From: Callorhinchus milii
Lineage: Eukaryota
DNA: 64,000 nt
Direction of reading: 5' to 3'
Assembly: GCF_018977255.1 (NCBI RefSeq)
Contig: NW_024704742.1
Location: forward strand, 55,554,001 to 55,618,000
In this document: positions 63,979 to 64,000 of the stretch, piece after piece
Layout of the letters: each line of letters opens with the position of its first letter
How positions within the stretch are numbered: position 1 is the first letter of the stretch
The notes under the pieces: generated by a model
What the model was told of the DNA's origin: nothing
Databases searched by the model: none
The model's input: only the letters and a program-made list of their open reading frames with translations
Made by a program: the position numbers and the translations under genes

Positions 63979-64000
63979 CAGGAAGTCAGGCGGTCAGCAG

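Noticed and set aside
1..64000. CRISPR array, operon or prokaryotic/viral system
   Set aside because: No regularly spaced repeat-spacer array and no gene-dense region; recurrent short motifs are dispersed retroposon tails.

Overview
Repeat-dense, AT-rich vertebrate non-coding DNA (intron or gene desert). I recognise no host protein-coding exon. The repeats are L2 LINEs, CR1 LINEs with an SGNH-esterase ORF1, Deu-domain (SacSINE1-like) SINEs, a tRNA-headed SINE with an L2-type tail, and Harbinger relics. This mix points to a cartilaginous fish (inference). The largest elements are a 5'-truncated, disabled CR1 (~52.8-56.4 kb, +) and an L2 ORF2 remnant (~9.4-11.85 kb, -). Almost all ORF-track entries are L2/CR1 pieces, their antisense shadows, or chance ORFs. 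Most notable: (1) a degenerate U6 snRNA copy fused directly to a CR1 3' tail (~50.6-50.9 kb), a candidate U6-CR1 chimeric retrocopy; (2) a Harbinger transposase fossil (~27.05-27.5 kb, -); (3) an unclassified ~600-bp repeat present at least 7 times; (4) a local duplication of at least 0.8 kb; (5) a 3' stem-loop shared by the SINE and L2; (6) TE-free islands that look like conserved non-coding elements. Coordinates and alignments were done by eye, boundaries are approximate, and family names come from recalled consensus motifs, not database searches.
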